From contig ML992513.1 of NCBI GenBank assembly GCA_010093995.1, forward strand, positions 124,001-188,000: a stretch of 64,000 bases of DNA. The letters are read 5' to 3'. Origin of the DNA: Elsinoe ampelina. Lineage: Eukaryota. The notes below the pieces were generated by a model that was not told the origin of the DNA, searched no databases, and saw nothing but the letters and a program-made list of their open reading frames with translations. This document shows, one piece after another, positions 20,137-33,031 of the stretch (its first letter is position 1; every line of letters begins with the position of its first letter). The position numbers and the translations under genes are program-made.

Positions 20137-20345
20137 TGGCCAGGCCAGGTCAGACCAGACCAAATCAACGACCAGACCAGACCAAGGACAACGACCAGGA
20201 CCAGGACCAGACCAGGACCAGACCAGGACTAGACCGACCAGACCGACCAAACCGACCACACTGACTAAAACGACCTCATCGACTATACCGACCAGACCTC
20301 ACCAACCCACGCGGATCAGACCAGACCGGACCAGGCGACACCACT
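20137..20345. repeat. CCAGA/GACCAG microsatellite tract (reverse-complement motif of the 18481-18675 tract)
   Basis: Directly visible ACCAGACCAG and ACCAGGACCAGG units. Confidence 0.85.
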
Positions 20346-20772
20346 GGAGCTTCAAGGACTGGACCATGGCACATTGTGGAGGACAGAATGGATCGAACGA
20401 GGTTGACGACGATGATGATGATGATGATGGTTGAGATGGAGATTGGAAGAGTGTCTCAAAGGTGGAAGTCAAATTGGTTTTGCTTGGCGGACTCAGCCGC
20501 GGGAATGGTCAAGTGGCCTGTACTCTATCTTTCAGACCCTCAAAAGCAATAATAACAACTCTCAAAACCCACTGATATCTGAATTCCAAGTCTTCGCGAT
20601 CACACCTTTGATACTCGGATGTGAAAGCTGATAAATCGTGATTTCAGCGACCTCTGCAACCAAAGCGACCTCACCAAGTACGCCGCCATCAAGAACGATC
20701 ACCAGCATGCAATAACGACTTGCAAAATCATCAAAGCCATCAGATCCTTTCACAACCCCTTCAAACACCAAA

Positions 20773-21895
20773 ATGAGTTTCTTCAAGTACTTCCCCCCTC
20801 CTCCCTTCTAACCCCATCCCCCCTCCTCCTTCATCACTAACCCCTCCCAGCCTCCAATTCCTCCTCTTCACCGTCCTCCCCTTCGCCTACCCCCGCCTAA
20901 TGTCCCTCTACCGCACCCTCCGCGCCCCAGCCACCTCCCTCCCACGGCCCCTACCCCCCCGCGCCTCCCTCGCCCTCCAACTCCTCCTCCTCTCCGCCCT
21001 GGGTTTCCTCCTCAGCACCCTCCCTTTCTTCTCACCCGCCAACCTCTACGCCCTGACCTCATCCCAGCTCTCCACGCCGACGGTCGTGCTGTTCAACCGT
21101 CTCTCCGCGCTGCGCCCCCCTACAGCCGTGGAGGAACGGTTGCGCACCGTCTTCGAGGCAGGGGGCAGGGAGGCGCGGTTGCTGTACCTCAAGTTCGGGC
21201 CGCAGGTGTTGGCGGGGTGTCGGTTCGTGGATCACAGGGATGCGGGCGCGGCGTGGATTTTGTACGCGTATGCGCTGCCTGGCATGTTGGCGCCGCATTT
21301 GTTGCATTTGGTTGTGTTGGGGGTGGCGACTGCCACGGGGGTGACGGGGAAGGAAGGGGGCAGGTGGAGGGCGTTGGCCGTGGGGACGGGGGTTGTGTTG
21401 GCTTTGGCGGAGGTGGGGGTGGTGGGGTGGTGGGAGCATGGGTGGAATACGGAGAATGCGAAGCTGGGGAAGCTGGTTTACCTTTTCTGGAGGGTGAGGT
21501 TGGTGAGGGGGTTGGTGGTGGCGGCGACGGATGCGGTGCTGGGGTGGGTGGTGTGGTTGGGGGCGACGGGGAGGGCGTTTGTTGTGCCGGCTTCGGGGGC
21601 GGAGAGGGTGGAGATGGCGACGAGGGAGGCGGAGGCGACGTTGATGAAGTTGAGGGCGTTGGGGACGATGAGGAATGTGGTGCATAGGAATCAGGTGTTG
21701 AGGGGTCAGGTGGAGAGGTATTGGGTGCATGAGGGGGAGAGGATGAGGAGCGTGGTGGAGGATAGGGATGTAGTGTTGGCGATGACGAATGTGTTGGAGA
21801 ATACGAACATGGAGCAGTTGATGAGAGAAGCGGATCAGCATGTTAATGCTTGGGTGCCGGACGTGCAGATCACGGAGCAGCCGGCGGCGAGCTGA
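20773..21895 (+). CDS. Conserved fungal multi-pass membrane protein of unknown function, 2 exons
   Basis: MSFF, then an intron at 20787-20850 (GTACTT...ACTAAC...CAG), joins LQFLLFTVLPFAYPRLMSLYR. Several transmembrane segments, EARLLYLKFGP and LRGQVERYW. Confidence 0.75.
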
Positions 21896-21972
21896 GTATG
21901 GCACGGATAGATGGGTGAGATCGCAACGATTATGCATCGTATAGAGCTAGAGAAAGTATAGATGTGCCACCA

Positions 21973-23418
21973 CTATTGCTTCTGAAGTGCTTCGAGATCT
22001 CTTTGGTCTTGCTCTGCCTTTTCTCGCTCGAGCTGTTCCCTGCGACGAACAGCCTCTTCGCCAATGCCCTTGACACCCTTCACCCTTTGCCTCTCTTCGT
22101 ACAACTCACGACTCTTGAGAATGCGAGAAACGATAGATGTAGCATTAATCTCAGAGAAAGCATGTGATCCGACTTCCTTGTAGATGCCAAGTGCTTTCAC
22201 ATTTGCGTATGGATCTTGACCAGGAGGAGCCGAGACCGTCGGCCCATGGTAGACGGCGGCAACCTTGTAGGGCAGATGGTCGAGGAATGCTTCCGAAGGG
22301 GAGAAAGGGGCAGAGAATACGAGAGCTGAAACGTACTTGAGAGAATCAGCAATCGTGATTCTGATCCAATATGAAATGGACCTACCTTGCATTGCAGCAC
22401 GCAAAGACCTCGCTCAAAAATGTTCATAATGGGATAATTTACCCCTTTCCATCTGTTGACAACATGATCATCATGTATCCCAGCGATGAGATAGACAGGT
22501 GAATAGTCACGGCCCTGCTTGGAAATCCGTTGTTGCCGCGCGGCACCGTCGAACCAGCCAGATGATTTGGCCTTGATAGATTCGGCTTCTACAACGCTCT
22601 TCAGGAATTCCATGTGACCAGGAGTGAAGAGGTCGAAACCACCGTCGACATAGACGACAGTCTGATCAGGCAGGGGAGAGACGCCCTTGACCAGCTGCTC
22701 GAGTGAGTTTGTGTCAGTGTCATGGCTCCAGACTTCGACCAGAGGTGTGTGGCCAGACTCGTCAGTGGCATATTCTTGGATCCTTGTCCGCATCTCAGCA
22801 CCAGTAGACTTCTTCTCTGAGTCACTGCCCCCGCCTTCAATACCATTCAGGACGTCTGGTAGACGCTTGATGAAATGATTCCTAGTGCAAAGCAGCATGC
22901 GGCCAACAAGATCCGTGGTGCTGATACCAGGAGTGCGCTTGACGATCTTGAACCTGCCTGCTTGCTTGACGAAGCGGTAGCAGTCTTCACCACCACTATC
23001 ACTTGTGATATCGTCTCCATGAACGACATAGCGGCATCCGTAATGCGAGATCCAAGATAGTTGAGTGACGTAGGGTGCATGAGGAACAGCTTTTGTCGAC
23101 CACCGGCAAGCATCAACAGCAGCTACACGTTCGTCGAGATTCATGACAGTCGGACCTTTATTCTCCAGGATGGCTTCATCCGAGTGTATACCGACAAGAA
23201 GCTCGGTCCCCAAGCGGCGTGCTTGCAGCATGGCGCCTGCATGGCCGTGGTGGCTAAAGTCAAAACAGCCGTCGATCCAGATGCGGTCATCCTCAATTGG
23301 AATGTCGTCTTGAGGATCGACTGGCCATTGACCTGGAGCAGGTACAGTCTGCAAAGAATATCAGGATATCCCTGTCGACAGGCGCGTGCAGGATCTGGTG
23401 CCCTACCTCGTCACTCAT
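21973..23418 (-). CDS. ECT1: Ethanolamine-phosphate cytidylyltransferase, 3 exons
   Basis: Two cytidylyltransferase domains: RIWIDGCFDFSHHGHAGAMLQAR with RTPGISTTDLVGRML, and VYVDGGFDLFTPGH with YPIMNIFERGLCVLQCK. Confidence 0.92.
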
Positions 23419-24163
23419 GACCCCTACAAGACCCCGCCGCACAGACGTGAGGGGTATTTATGCTGAGGGGGTTTTGGGATGACGGCAAGCTATGCCATGC
23501 CCCTTCTCAATGTCGGTTTGTGAGTGTATTGGAACGTTAAAGACAGGAAACATGTGCAACGGAGGACACTTTGTCGTTCCTGAACACGTGGGGCGAGAAT
23601 GGACCGGACGTGGTCCAATGAGGCGCTTGTTCCTGCATGATCATCCCAAACTCTTTATTGCACAAAGGAAAAATTGCCCTGACCTTGGTATTGTGCCACA
23701 AGTAATGGGAAACAAGCATGTCGTGACGAAGCCATTGCACACGATTCCTGACATGCCTCGCTCTCATAGATGGATATTATTTTGACCAAGAGAAAAGCAC
23801 CTCAGTAGCAAAAAGCAGAAGGAGATTAGCGCCGGCACATGGGCAGACTACGGAGGCTCATGCGTGCGTGCCAGCCAATCGAAACCTTGTTTCATATGGA
23901 AATGAACCACCAGAGGGACCTGGACGAGCATCCGTAGTCAACAAGAAGGAGTCTTCTCAGCTTCTCCACGACGAGGCTGAAGAACATCCGACGGGTTAAC
24001 GAACAGACGAACAGACGGATCGACAATCGTTGGTCCCTTTGTGGTCCCCTTGGCGGCGTCTGCGTCGATTGTCGTTCCTGCATGACCTACAGGTCTATCC
24101 TCGTCCTCTGAACGACATTCCAATCACTATCAAGGCACGAGATCCGATTTCTTGGAAGACAAG

Positions 24164-25571
24164 ATGCTGGAAACTCCTCCTTCTCCAGGTGGCTTCGGCG
24201 TAGAAAGATCTTTGACCTCGCGGAAGAAGCCCCGTCAAGCTCCTTCCCTACCGCCCGTTGCAGACACCGTTGCGGAAGACCCGTACACCATCACCACCCA
24301 TCGCAACGCCTCTGCTGCCTCCTCTTCGTCTCCTGTCGATTCAGCGTACAGTCCACGACGAGCATCACAAGGTCAATTCGGAACACTCCCAGTACGCAAA
24401 GCCCGAAGCGGATCAGTCGCTCTACCATCAATACCTCAGAACTCGCCCAAAAAACAGCATCGACTTAGTCGTTCGATAAGCGCGGGCATCCCAGCCACCG
24501 ACACTACACCACCGGAAGAGAGACAGGTTCGGCTGCAAAAGAGATCGACAGACCTACAATCGGCGGCCGCACAAGCACGACAACAGCAGAAGCCGGCACT
24601 GCGAATGTTGTCCACCTCCTTTGGGAAAGCTTCAGACTTGCGCAAACCTGGTGATCAGCAACACGGATTGGGAATGGCAACACACGGGGGTTCAGGAGCG
24701 CAGACGGGCTACTCGCCCCACGCGACGTACAACCACATACATGAGATGGCTGCAAAGAGAATGGCTACATTGGATTATCTGAGGAAGGTGTAAGTACAAG
24801 CGGCACACGGTCATGGCCAGATACTGATTGCGCAGTCACGAGGGCCAAGTCTACTACTTCAGCACCATTTCATACAGCGCGAACAACCTCTCGACTCTCC
24901 CATCTCTGCACCCCACTAAGCTGGGCAGAAGAGCAACCAACTATCTCCTCCTCGGCACATCCCTTACCCCTCTCCTCGAATTCTATGCCACCAATCCTCT
25001 CGACTATCTGCGAGCTCTTGCGGCGCTCCTCTCCGAGTTCGACACGTACACGCAATTGTCGGCCTCAGATTCAGGCATGGCCTCATTAACAAGAACACGA
25101 ATGGGTGCCATGTTCAAGTCGGGCATGTCGGGCATGCGCGGTGTGAAGGGCCGAAGAGCATCGACAGCAGATCACTCGCTCGCCGAGCAGATGGCATCAG
25201 GCAATGGCAGTAGCTCGAACCTGTCCTCCGGCCTATCATCCATCGCCGATTCTATGCCCTTACCTCCATCGACCGGCAGCCACGACTTCCAGTATCTACA
25301 GCTTCCCAACTTACCCTTCGACCCCGACTTCAACACCAGCTTCGCGACTCTCACAGATATCCTCATGGAGGCATACAACGGGCTCATGACCCTCCTCCCT
25401 GGTCCCGAGGCCTGTGTCCCTGGTGTCGCTGAAGCGTTTGCAAAGGCAGACAAGCAGATGCGCAAAGTCATGCTGGGCGGCATCGTGAACGAGTTTGGGG
25501 ACAATACTCGACGAGAAGCGAAAGCTGAAGTTGGCGGCTTGGGTAAGCTTGTGCTGTCAGGCCTGATGTAG
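24164..25571 (+). CDS. Conserved fungal hypothetical protein, 2 exons (start uncertain)
   Basis: A disordered N-terminus leads to HIHEMAAKRMATLDYLRK. An intron at ~24790-24836 joins HEGQVYYF, RRATNYLLLGTSL, YLQLPNLPFDPDF and FAKADKQMRK. Confidence 0.75.
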
Positions 25572-25732
25572 AGAACATCTATTCGTACTTGGATCTTTCG
25601 GCATAGCGTGGGAATGGGAGGCAGGCACTTTGGTTGGTTAGTCAGGTAGATACCCCTGGAAATTCGATCCGGATTCGCTGAAAAATTCATATTCGCATCT
25701 ACCTCCTTCGTCCTTGTGTCCATTTGCCTCCG

Positions 25733-26523
25733 CTATGTCAACTTTTGCTTGATGAAGAATGCCCTCAAATGCGACAACTGCCATGCACAGGTCACGCCCA
25801 ACACGGCCAATTGGATCAACGTCCACCTTACCGCCCTCGCATTCACCGCCTCTGATAGATCTCTGAACTCCGCCTCTCGTTCCTGCACTCATTAGCCCAT
25901 GCCCCCGGCCATCCGATGCTTTTCCCAATACTCACCCTTTGAAATATCTGCTCCCTCCTAATATCCTGCAACCTCGCATTCAAATCCTTAACCCTACTCA
26001 CCAAATCCCCCATCTTCTCCTTATCACTCGCCTCAATCTTACTCGTCTCCCCGATGGCCATGTCCAGCTCAAACTTGACGTTCCCCCTCTGGTGGCCCGA
26101 CCCGAACAGCCCAGACGTCATGGGCACGTTCACCGGCAGGAAACAGATCTTGTGGTCGCCGCTGTCGGCCGCCGAGAAGGTGAATTTGCCCTTTGCGGCG
26201 CCTTTCTGGGACACGATGACGTGGTCGTTGTCGAAGACTTCGTCCACGGAGATGTAGATGCCCATGTCGGTTGCGGTGGTGTAGGTTTGGGTGCCTTCGT
26301 TGAAGAGGGAGGCTTGGTAGTGGCCTGGGCAGAGGGGGTTAGAAGGGGGAAAAGGTATTGGGAGAAGGGGATTGGAGCACGGGAACGTACCGACTACGAG
26401 GGTGTCTTTGGGGAGTTCTTCGAGGAAGCATTTCTGTGTGGGTCCGTCGAGGTAGAAGTGTAGTGCGTTGGCTTGGGAGAGGAGCGTCGCTGATGCGGCG
26501 AGGAGGGGGGCGAGGTAACGCAT
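25733..26523 (-). CDS. p24 (emp24/gp25L) family cargo receptor, Erp1-like, 3 exons
   Basis: Signal peptide, [25 protein letters not shown], a GOLD domain, coiled coil [15 protein letters not shown], a transmembrane helix and the tail FFIKQKLT*. Confidence 0.9.
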
Positions 26524-26761
26524 TGCGGCGCTGGATGTGAGAGGTGCAATGCGATGGGGTGGTGGAAAGGAGAGCTAGGCTGGTGATGATTGTCCTGAGG
26601 ACACGCGAGCTGGACATGTTCCCGGTGGGGAAGTTGAGCCGGGGATCTGAGCCGGTGGTGAGCCGCCAAGACCTTGAATTGCGGACTTCGCGACCGGGAG
26701 ATGCTTTGCGACACTCCATTCTCCTGCCTACTTAGAATCGCAAACGAAAGATTTCGCCATC

Positions 26762-28344
26762 ATGTCGGCTCAGGATCTGCGCGATATGCTGGGCATCGAC
26801 CCTAATACCGTGCGACCTCCCCCGTCTAAGAAGCGGAAGCTGGTCGACAAGAGACCGCGTGAGTAATGGACGGAAGACATTGGAGTACACGACTGACAGA
26901 CCTGGCAGTGGAAAAAGGTATGGCACGAGAGGTCTCAGCACTCATGGGCGAACGAGCGCCGCCGGTATCGATGATACAAGTGCAGCCAAAATACAAGCAG
27001 CGACCAAAGCGACACACGAAAGTTACTCCCTGGGAACTGGCATCATTCAAGAACGAGGCCCGCACAGACGACCTGGAATTACACCACTGGCAGAAGAAGC
27101 GACAGCTCAAAACCGAGACGAGTGTAGGTGAAAGCGGGGAGCCAGCCGCTGAGGAGAGCAAGACGGAGAAGGCGGAAAAGCCATACCAATTCGCCAAGTA
27201 CAATGTCCAGGTGGATGTGCCGGAATACACAGATGAGGTGTACGAAGCGTCTATGAAGAGCGATGACTGGTCGAAAGAAGAGACGGATTACCTGGTCACA
27301 CTAGTCAAAGACTACGGACAGAAGTGGGCAATCGTCTGGGATCGATACGAGTTCACACCTCCCGAGGGACAGGCAAAGACTCGCTCGATGGAGGATCTCA
27401 AGTCGCGATTCTACGCAGTCCGTGCTGCTGTCCTCGCACATCAAACTCCCGTCGCCTCCATGAACGGCCAACAATACGAACTTTACCAGATGCTCACCCA
27501 CTTCGACGCGAAACAGGAAACCTCCCGCAAACGCATGACAGAAGCCCACCTCTACCGCTCAGAAATCGAGGTCCAAGAAGAAACCGCCCTCCTCGCCGAA
27601 CTCCAACGCATAATGATGCACCACACCACCCTCGAAAGCGCCCGCAAAGACCTCCGCGAACGCCTCGACTACCCCTCCTCCGGCCACCCCACCATGGCAT
27701 ACACCACCTCCCAAGCCCTCGGCCAACTCTTCCAACAACTCCTCGCCGCCGACCGCAGCAAAAAAGACCGCCGCCTCAAAGAGCTCCCCAACGTGCAAAC
27801 CCACGTCCCCTCCTCCGCCCACCGCGACTCCATCACCGCCACCTCCAAACGGCCCCGCGACTCCCTCGCCTCGGCCACTTCCGCGCCCGACGTCCCAGAA
27901 ACCCGCTCCCGCGCCCTCTCCCCGCACTCGAGAGACCGCTTCTTCGTCTCCCTGCACGACAAGCTCTCCTCGGGCGTGTCCTTTGCATCCGACAAGCTCA
28001 GCAAACCCCGGATCGCCAAGAGCACGGTGCAAACGGAGCGTATCACTGCGATCCTCACGCAGCTTAAAGTCCCGGACATCATCCCGCTGCCGACGGGTAA
28101 AGTGGTGGAGGAGTTTGAGAAGTTGATGGCCAAGGTCATGGGGTTGTTGGAGATGAGGAAGGTGGCCGAGAGGGAGGAGGCGGAGTTGAAGGTTAGGGAG
28201 GCGGAGAAGGGGATTAGGGACTCGGAGGGAGGGGGTGGGGTGGGGGATGGTGAGGGCGAGAGGGGGAAGAAGAGGAGTGCGAGTGTGCTTAGTGAGGGGG
28301 AGGGGGAGGGGAGGGAGAAGAGGAGTAAGAGGCAGGCTTCTTAG
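26762..28344 (+). CDS. SWC4: SWR1/NuA4 complex subunit Swc4/Eaf2 (DMAP1 family, SANT domain), 2 exons
   Basis: MSAQDLRDMLG, GMAREVSALMGERAPP, FKNEARTDDLELHHW, FAKYNVQV, WSKEETDYL, AIVWDRY and RSMEDLKSRFY. Confidence 0.92.
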
Positions 28345-28715
28345 TGGGAGGTGGTTCTTGGATAGGAGAACACAGACTGATGGTCGTCAAAGTAATGAAG
28401 CATGATATCCACAAGGCTACGGCCACTTCGCGTTCCCGACACTGCCGTGCATATAACCAGCCGCTCCCGACTGCGTCATCCCAGCAAAGACCACCAAGCC
28501 CGATGTATACTTCGCGACCGCCACAAAAAGTTCTCTCTTCCTCGCACTAGCAAACACGCCCACCAACACCGCAAATGTCGATGTGACCATCCCAACGACG
28601 GCCATCTGCTTCACCTCCCCCAACCACATCAAGGCGCAACCATAACAAGTCAGAGTCACTGGTTCGAAAAATGGATGACCGTCGATCGTCGTCGAAGGAT
28701 CAATTCACTTGCCTG

Positions 28716-30054
28716 CTACGAAGGACAGCTACCGCGGCTGTAGAGTCTAGCCCTTCTATGGCACTTCCTTCCAAGCCTACTTGGACGGATCTTCCCAGGC
28801 CACCCAGCTCCACCGCCTCCAGACACTCGCTGATCGCCAATGACTTGGCGATAGACACCCAACACCGCCTTGCCATACCTGTTGTTGATCATCTCCTTGT
28901 GGACCATCTTGACACTCTTCGCAGCTGGGTTGAAGCATTCAAAGACCTTCCACTCGACTGAATCCTGGACGACCGATACCGAATACCCGTGCAGATTCTT
29001 GTGTATGAAGCAGACTGCCGCATACTCCACGTGCCGGACATGGCCGATGAAGTTTGTGATTTTGAGTATGAGGGGCTCGGCTTGCTCTGTGAGCCCGTAA
29101 TTCTCGAACACTTCCCCTAGGATTGCCAGGTGATATGGTGGTCGATCGCCAATCACTTGCTTCGTGTTTTCTTGCGAGCCTCGGCAGCGGGAGCACTCTC
29201 GATCGTTCGGGACGTAGCGGTAGTCAAAGTGCTCGTTGATGGCTTCGTTGAGGGTCTTGAATTTGTCGATATCGTTTTTGAGAATGTGTTCTGGCTCATC
29301 AAGACGCAGTTCGAAGTTCGTGTCGACAGCGCAGGCGGGTTTTGGGATCGCCAATCAGGATCTCGCACTCACAGTCCAGGCCATTGGAAGCGACGTGTCT
29401 TTTTACAAGTTCTGACACCGTGAAAGAGAAGGTGCGGATGCCTAGTACACAATGCGTCCACAAGCTTCTTATGGTCACGCCGTGCGACTTCCTGGTGGAA
29501 CGTCACGCTAAACCTTCGACTCTGCCAACCTGATCTTGGATTTCTTTGCTGGCCGAGTGAGTGCCGCTCTTCCGACACCGGGAGATCCAGGTGGTCTCCA
29601 ATAGCTGCTTCATGGCGGTGGCGAGCGTGCCCAATTTCGACAGTTCCGCTTGGCCTGAATGGTGCTTGTCGTCGATGTAATCAAAGGTGTTGCGCCAGGC
29701 TTCGCAGTGATTGAGCACGGTCAGGATGGCAGCAAACATCCCGCCTTCTCTGCTTGTATCGCTGGTGACAAGAACGACATCCAGACGTCGGATAGCTTCG
29801 AAAGCAGCTTCGTCTGTAGAGACTCCCGGTCCAGCCATCGTGCGTGGTCTGCGTAGAGTAGATGCGTATTGGGGATACATATCCTTGAAGAAAGAGTCGC
29901 GCCCAGCAAAGTCTGAAAAGTCGCCTTCAGTCCTTGGAGAGAATGCGACTCGCATCTTGTCCCACGGACGATCTAAATAAACGAATGCACCGGGATCATC
30001 ATCATAGCAGTGGTGATAATGGTGACTTCTCGTGATTTGGGCTCGTTGCGACAT
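28716..30054 (-). CDS. Divergent ubiquitin-specific-protease (C19) fold protein, probably inactive or pseudogenised
   Basis: Three consecutive ORF pieces carry USP-like boxes: MFAAILTVLNHCEAWRNTF, TLNEAINEHF...ECSRC...PPYHLAI, YAAVCFIH...WKVFEC and AVLGVYRQ. A putative 38-nt intron lies at 29492-29529. The junction at ~29355-29375 is unresolved. Confidence 0.5.
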
Positions 30055-30350
30055 TACTGCGGTAGCGGTCAAGTCGATCAGATATCTTAGCGAGCTAGGA
30101 ATTGCATTAATTGGAAGCAAGAGTGTATGAAGGTATAATAATCAAGAGTGAAGTGGAAAGGAAAGAGAAGACGAAGGTTCACATTTCACTGAATGCGAAA
30201 ATATGTTTCTTACCGATCACAAATTGTCACATGCCAATGTCGTCCCTGTCTACCATCCTCCGCTTTCACCATTCGAGCCTGCTTAGCCCAGATTGTAGGA
30301 TTCAACGGCAAACAATCACACGGAAAGCCTTCAACTACTATCAGCACCCA

Positions 30351-33031
30351 CTAACCCTGCAGAGGCGTGAAAGTCGTCTCCTGCGCCGCATCCCTACTAT
30401 CCAACCCCACCCTGACCCCCACCTCTCCCTCCCCAATGATCCACTCCTGCCTAACGACATCCCAAGAACTCAGATCCCTCCTCATAACATCAAAGCCCAC
30501 AGTCGTGCTCTCACCGGCCGCAATACCCACCTTCTCGAAACCTCTCAACACCCGCACCGGCTGATTCGTCACTCCACCCTGTGCAGGTAGGGACAGGTAA
30601 AGCTGCGGTACAGCTTGCCCTTGTCTCTCGCCCGTATTGGCCACAGTGACGGATACTCGGTAGAGGACATCCCACAGCGTGGGGTTCCCGCCGGGGACAG
30701 TAGCTGCCGTGGGCGGCTCGGCTGAGAGGGGGCCGGAAGTAGTCCTCGCGATAGACACATTTGACAACTCGAAGGTGGTGTAGCTTAACCCGAACCCAAA
30801 GGGGTAAGCGACAGAGAGGTTGTAGAAATCGAAGTGGCGATAGTCGATCAGGGGTCCTTCGGTGAAGTCAGACTGCCAGGCGGTGGCGTTGGTAGTGTTC
30901 AGTAGCTCGGACGAGTTTGTGATGGGGACGAAGGAGTAGTCGCTTTCGGCGAGGGGAATGGTGTAGGGGAGGTGGCCTGAGGGGTTGGTGTCGCCGTAGA
31001 GGACGTCGACGAGGGAGTTGCCGACTTCTTGGCCGCCGAGGTGGGCGGTGAGGATGGCGGTGACGTTGGGGTTGGAGGCGAAGCTGGGAATGTTAGATGG
31101 GGTGTGTGCGGGGGTAAGGGCCAGAACTCACGGGAGGTAGTTGAGACCGGCGGAATGTGTGACTACCACAGTATTGGGGCAGAATGAGGCGACTCGGTCG
31201 ACGAGGGCTGTGCCGTTCCAGTCGACGAGGAGAGAAGTGCGGTCATCGCCTTCCGAAGCGTAGGTCTTGACGAAAGCGATGCAGACATCGGGCGGTGTGC
31301 CAGCAGTGAGGGTGCTGGGTACTTTTAGAGATGAACGGCTGGTACAGGGAGCTACTTACGCTGAGCCCGAATTGATGACCAGTGTGTTGTTTTGAACGTA
31401 CTGGACGATGGTACCATGTTGAAGTGAGCGTGCTTTGACAGCTTCGAGCGGCGAGATGACATAAGTATAACGACCAGTTCCAGATCCGCCGCCAGAGCCA
31501 AGCACGCCAAACTCGTATCCGAACTCGTTGCTGCCGCTCAGAGGGTTTGCGTAAAGACCCTCGGTGAGATCGCCAGCATCGTTGCCAAAGACGGCGATAT
31601 TCCTTGGGCGTTGAAGTGGTAGAGTATTGTTCTCATTCTTGAGCAGCACGATACCGCCCGCGCCGAGCTCACGGATAGCTGCAGCATGATTCGCGCGGAC
31701 ATCGACGCTGGATTGATTGTTCAAAGGCCAGGTATAATTTGATCCTCTGCCGCCAGCAAGTTCTGTAATGTTAGCCAGCGATGAATGGTCAGGCTGGTCC
31801 AGTACTTACGGGTAAACAAGTTGAGTGGAATTACAGCCGGGTCGACAAGCGGGAAAGAAGCATCATTCTGTTTTAGTCGGAAGTATGGTGTCATGACTCT
31901 CCTGACCATGTCGTCGACGCGCTCGATGGAAAGACTGCCATTGTTGACCGCAGCACTGATATTACCGCCAAAGTAAGAAGCCCCAGACAGGTCGGTGAAG
32001 GACAGAGCGCCAGGCATATCCATATCCAGACCAGCTTGAATCGCTGGAACACCAGATCGTGTGCCGCCCCAGTCCGAGACCACGTAGCCTTGGAAACCCA
32101 GTTCTTCTTTCAATAGTCCGTTGAGGATCTTACTGTTCTGGCAGGAGTAGGAGCCATTGACGCGCTGGTAGGCGCACATGATGGAGGAGACGCCGACCTT
32201 GACGGCGTTGGCGAACGGCCAGAGATATACCTCATGCATGGTCCGGTCATCGATGTTGGAAGAGACGGCCTGGATAGTATTACCATTGACGGTGGAAGGA
32301 TTGCGTTGGATTTCTTGCTCGTTTCCGATGTAGTCTGACTGACGTTAGCTCGTTGAGAATTGCTAGTAAATCATAATGCCTACGTTTAGCGCAGGCTTGC
32401 GAACCTGCCTCTTCCATGCCGAGGATGGTCTGGCCGAACAATTCTCCAGTAAGGAATGGGTCGGGCGAGAAGCCCTCCCAATTGCGGCCTCCAAGAGGAG
32501 ATCGTCCGAGTGGGCCAGCGACTGGACCAAGAGCAATGTGAGAGCCCTTACCAACAAATTCAGCACCTATCTGCTGTCCTCGCAGTCTGGCAAGACCTTT
32601 GTCCCAAGCAGCTGCTACCGTCAATCCGGCCGGGAACACGGATGCAAAGTCAGCCTGGCGAATGGCGAGAGGTCCGTCTTGCAAACAGAGACCATTAAAG
32701 CCAAGTCGAGGAATGGTTTTGATACTACCAGTACAAGGTCCAAGAACACCAGTCACGACATAGGCCTTCTCCTCCAAAGTCAGGTTCGAGACAAAGGCAT
32801 CGGCTTGAGCGTAGGCAGCTTCCCATCCGGCTCCGCTAGCAATGGCTGGGCGTGTTAGCAGAGGTTGAGTAGTAGGGTCTGGTACTTACGGGCTGGGTAG
32901 ATCGGAGGACTTGTCGCATAGTCTGCTTGATTCCACGCTGGAGTGGATGATGAAGAGTTCTGTGCATAAACCAGGCTCAAGGTTAGAGTGAGGACAGTAC
33001 ACAAGCTTGCGCTTGCTCGAGAAGGGCCCAT
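30351..33031 (-). CDS. Secreted glycoside hydrolase family 3 beta-glucosidase, multi-exon
   Basis: Signal peptide, LCLQDGPLAIR, LGRSPLGGRNWEGFSPDP, ELGFQGYVVSDWG (nucleophile Asp), IVLLKN and an Fn3-like tail VPQLYL...LRGFEKV...RRDLSSWD. Confidence 0.93.
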
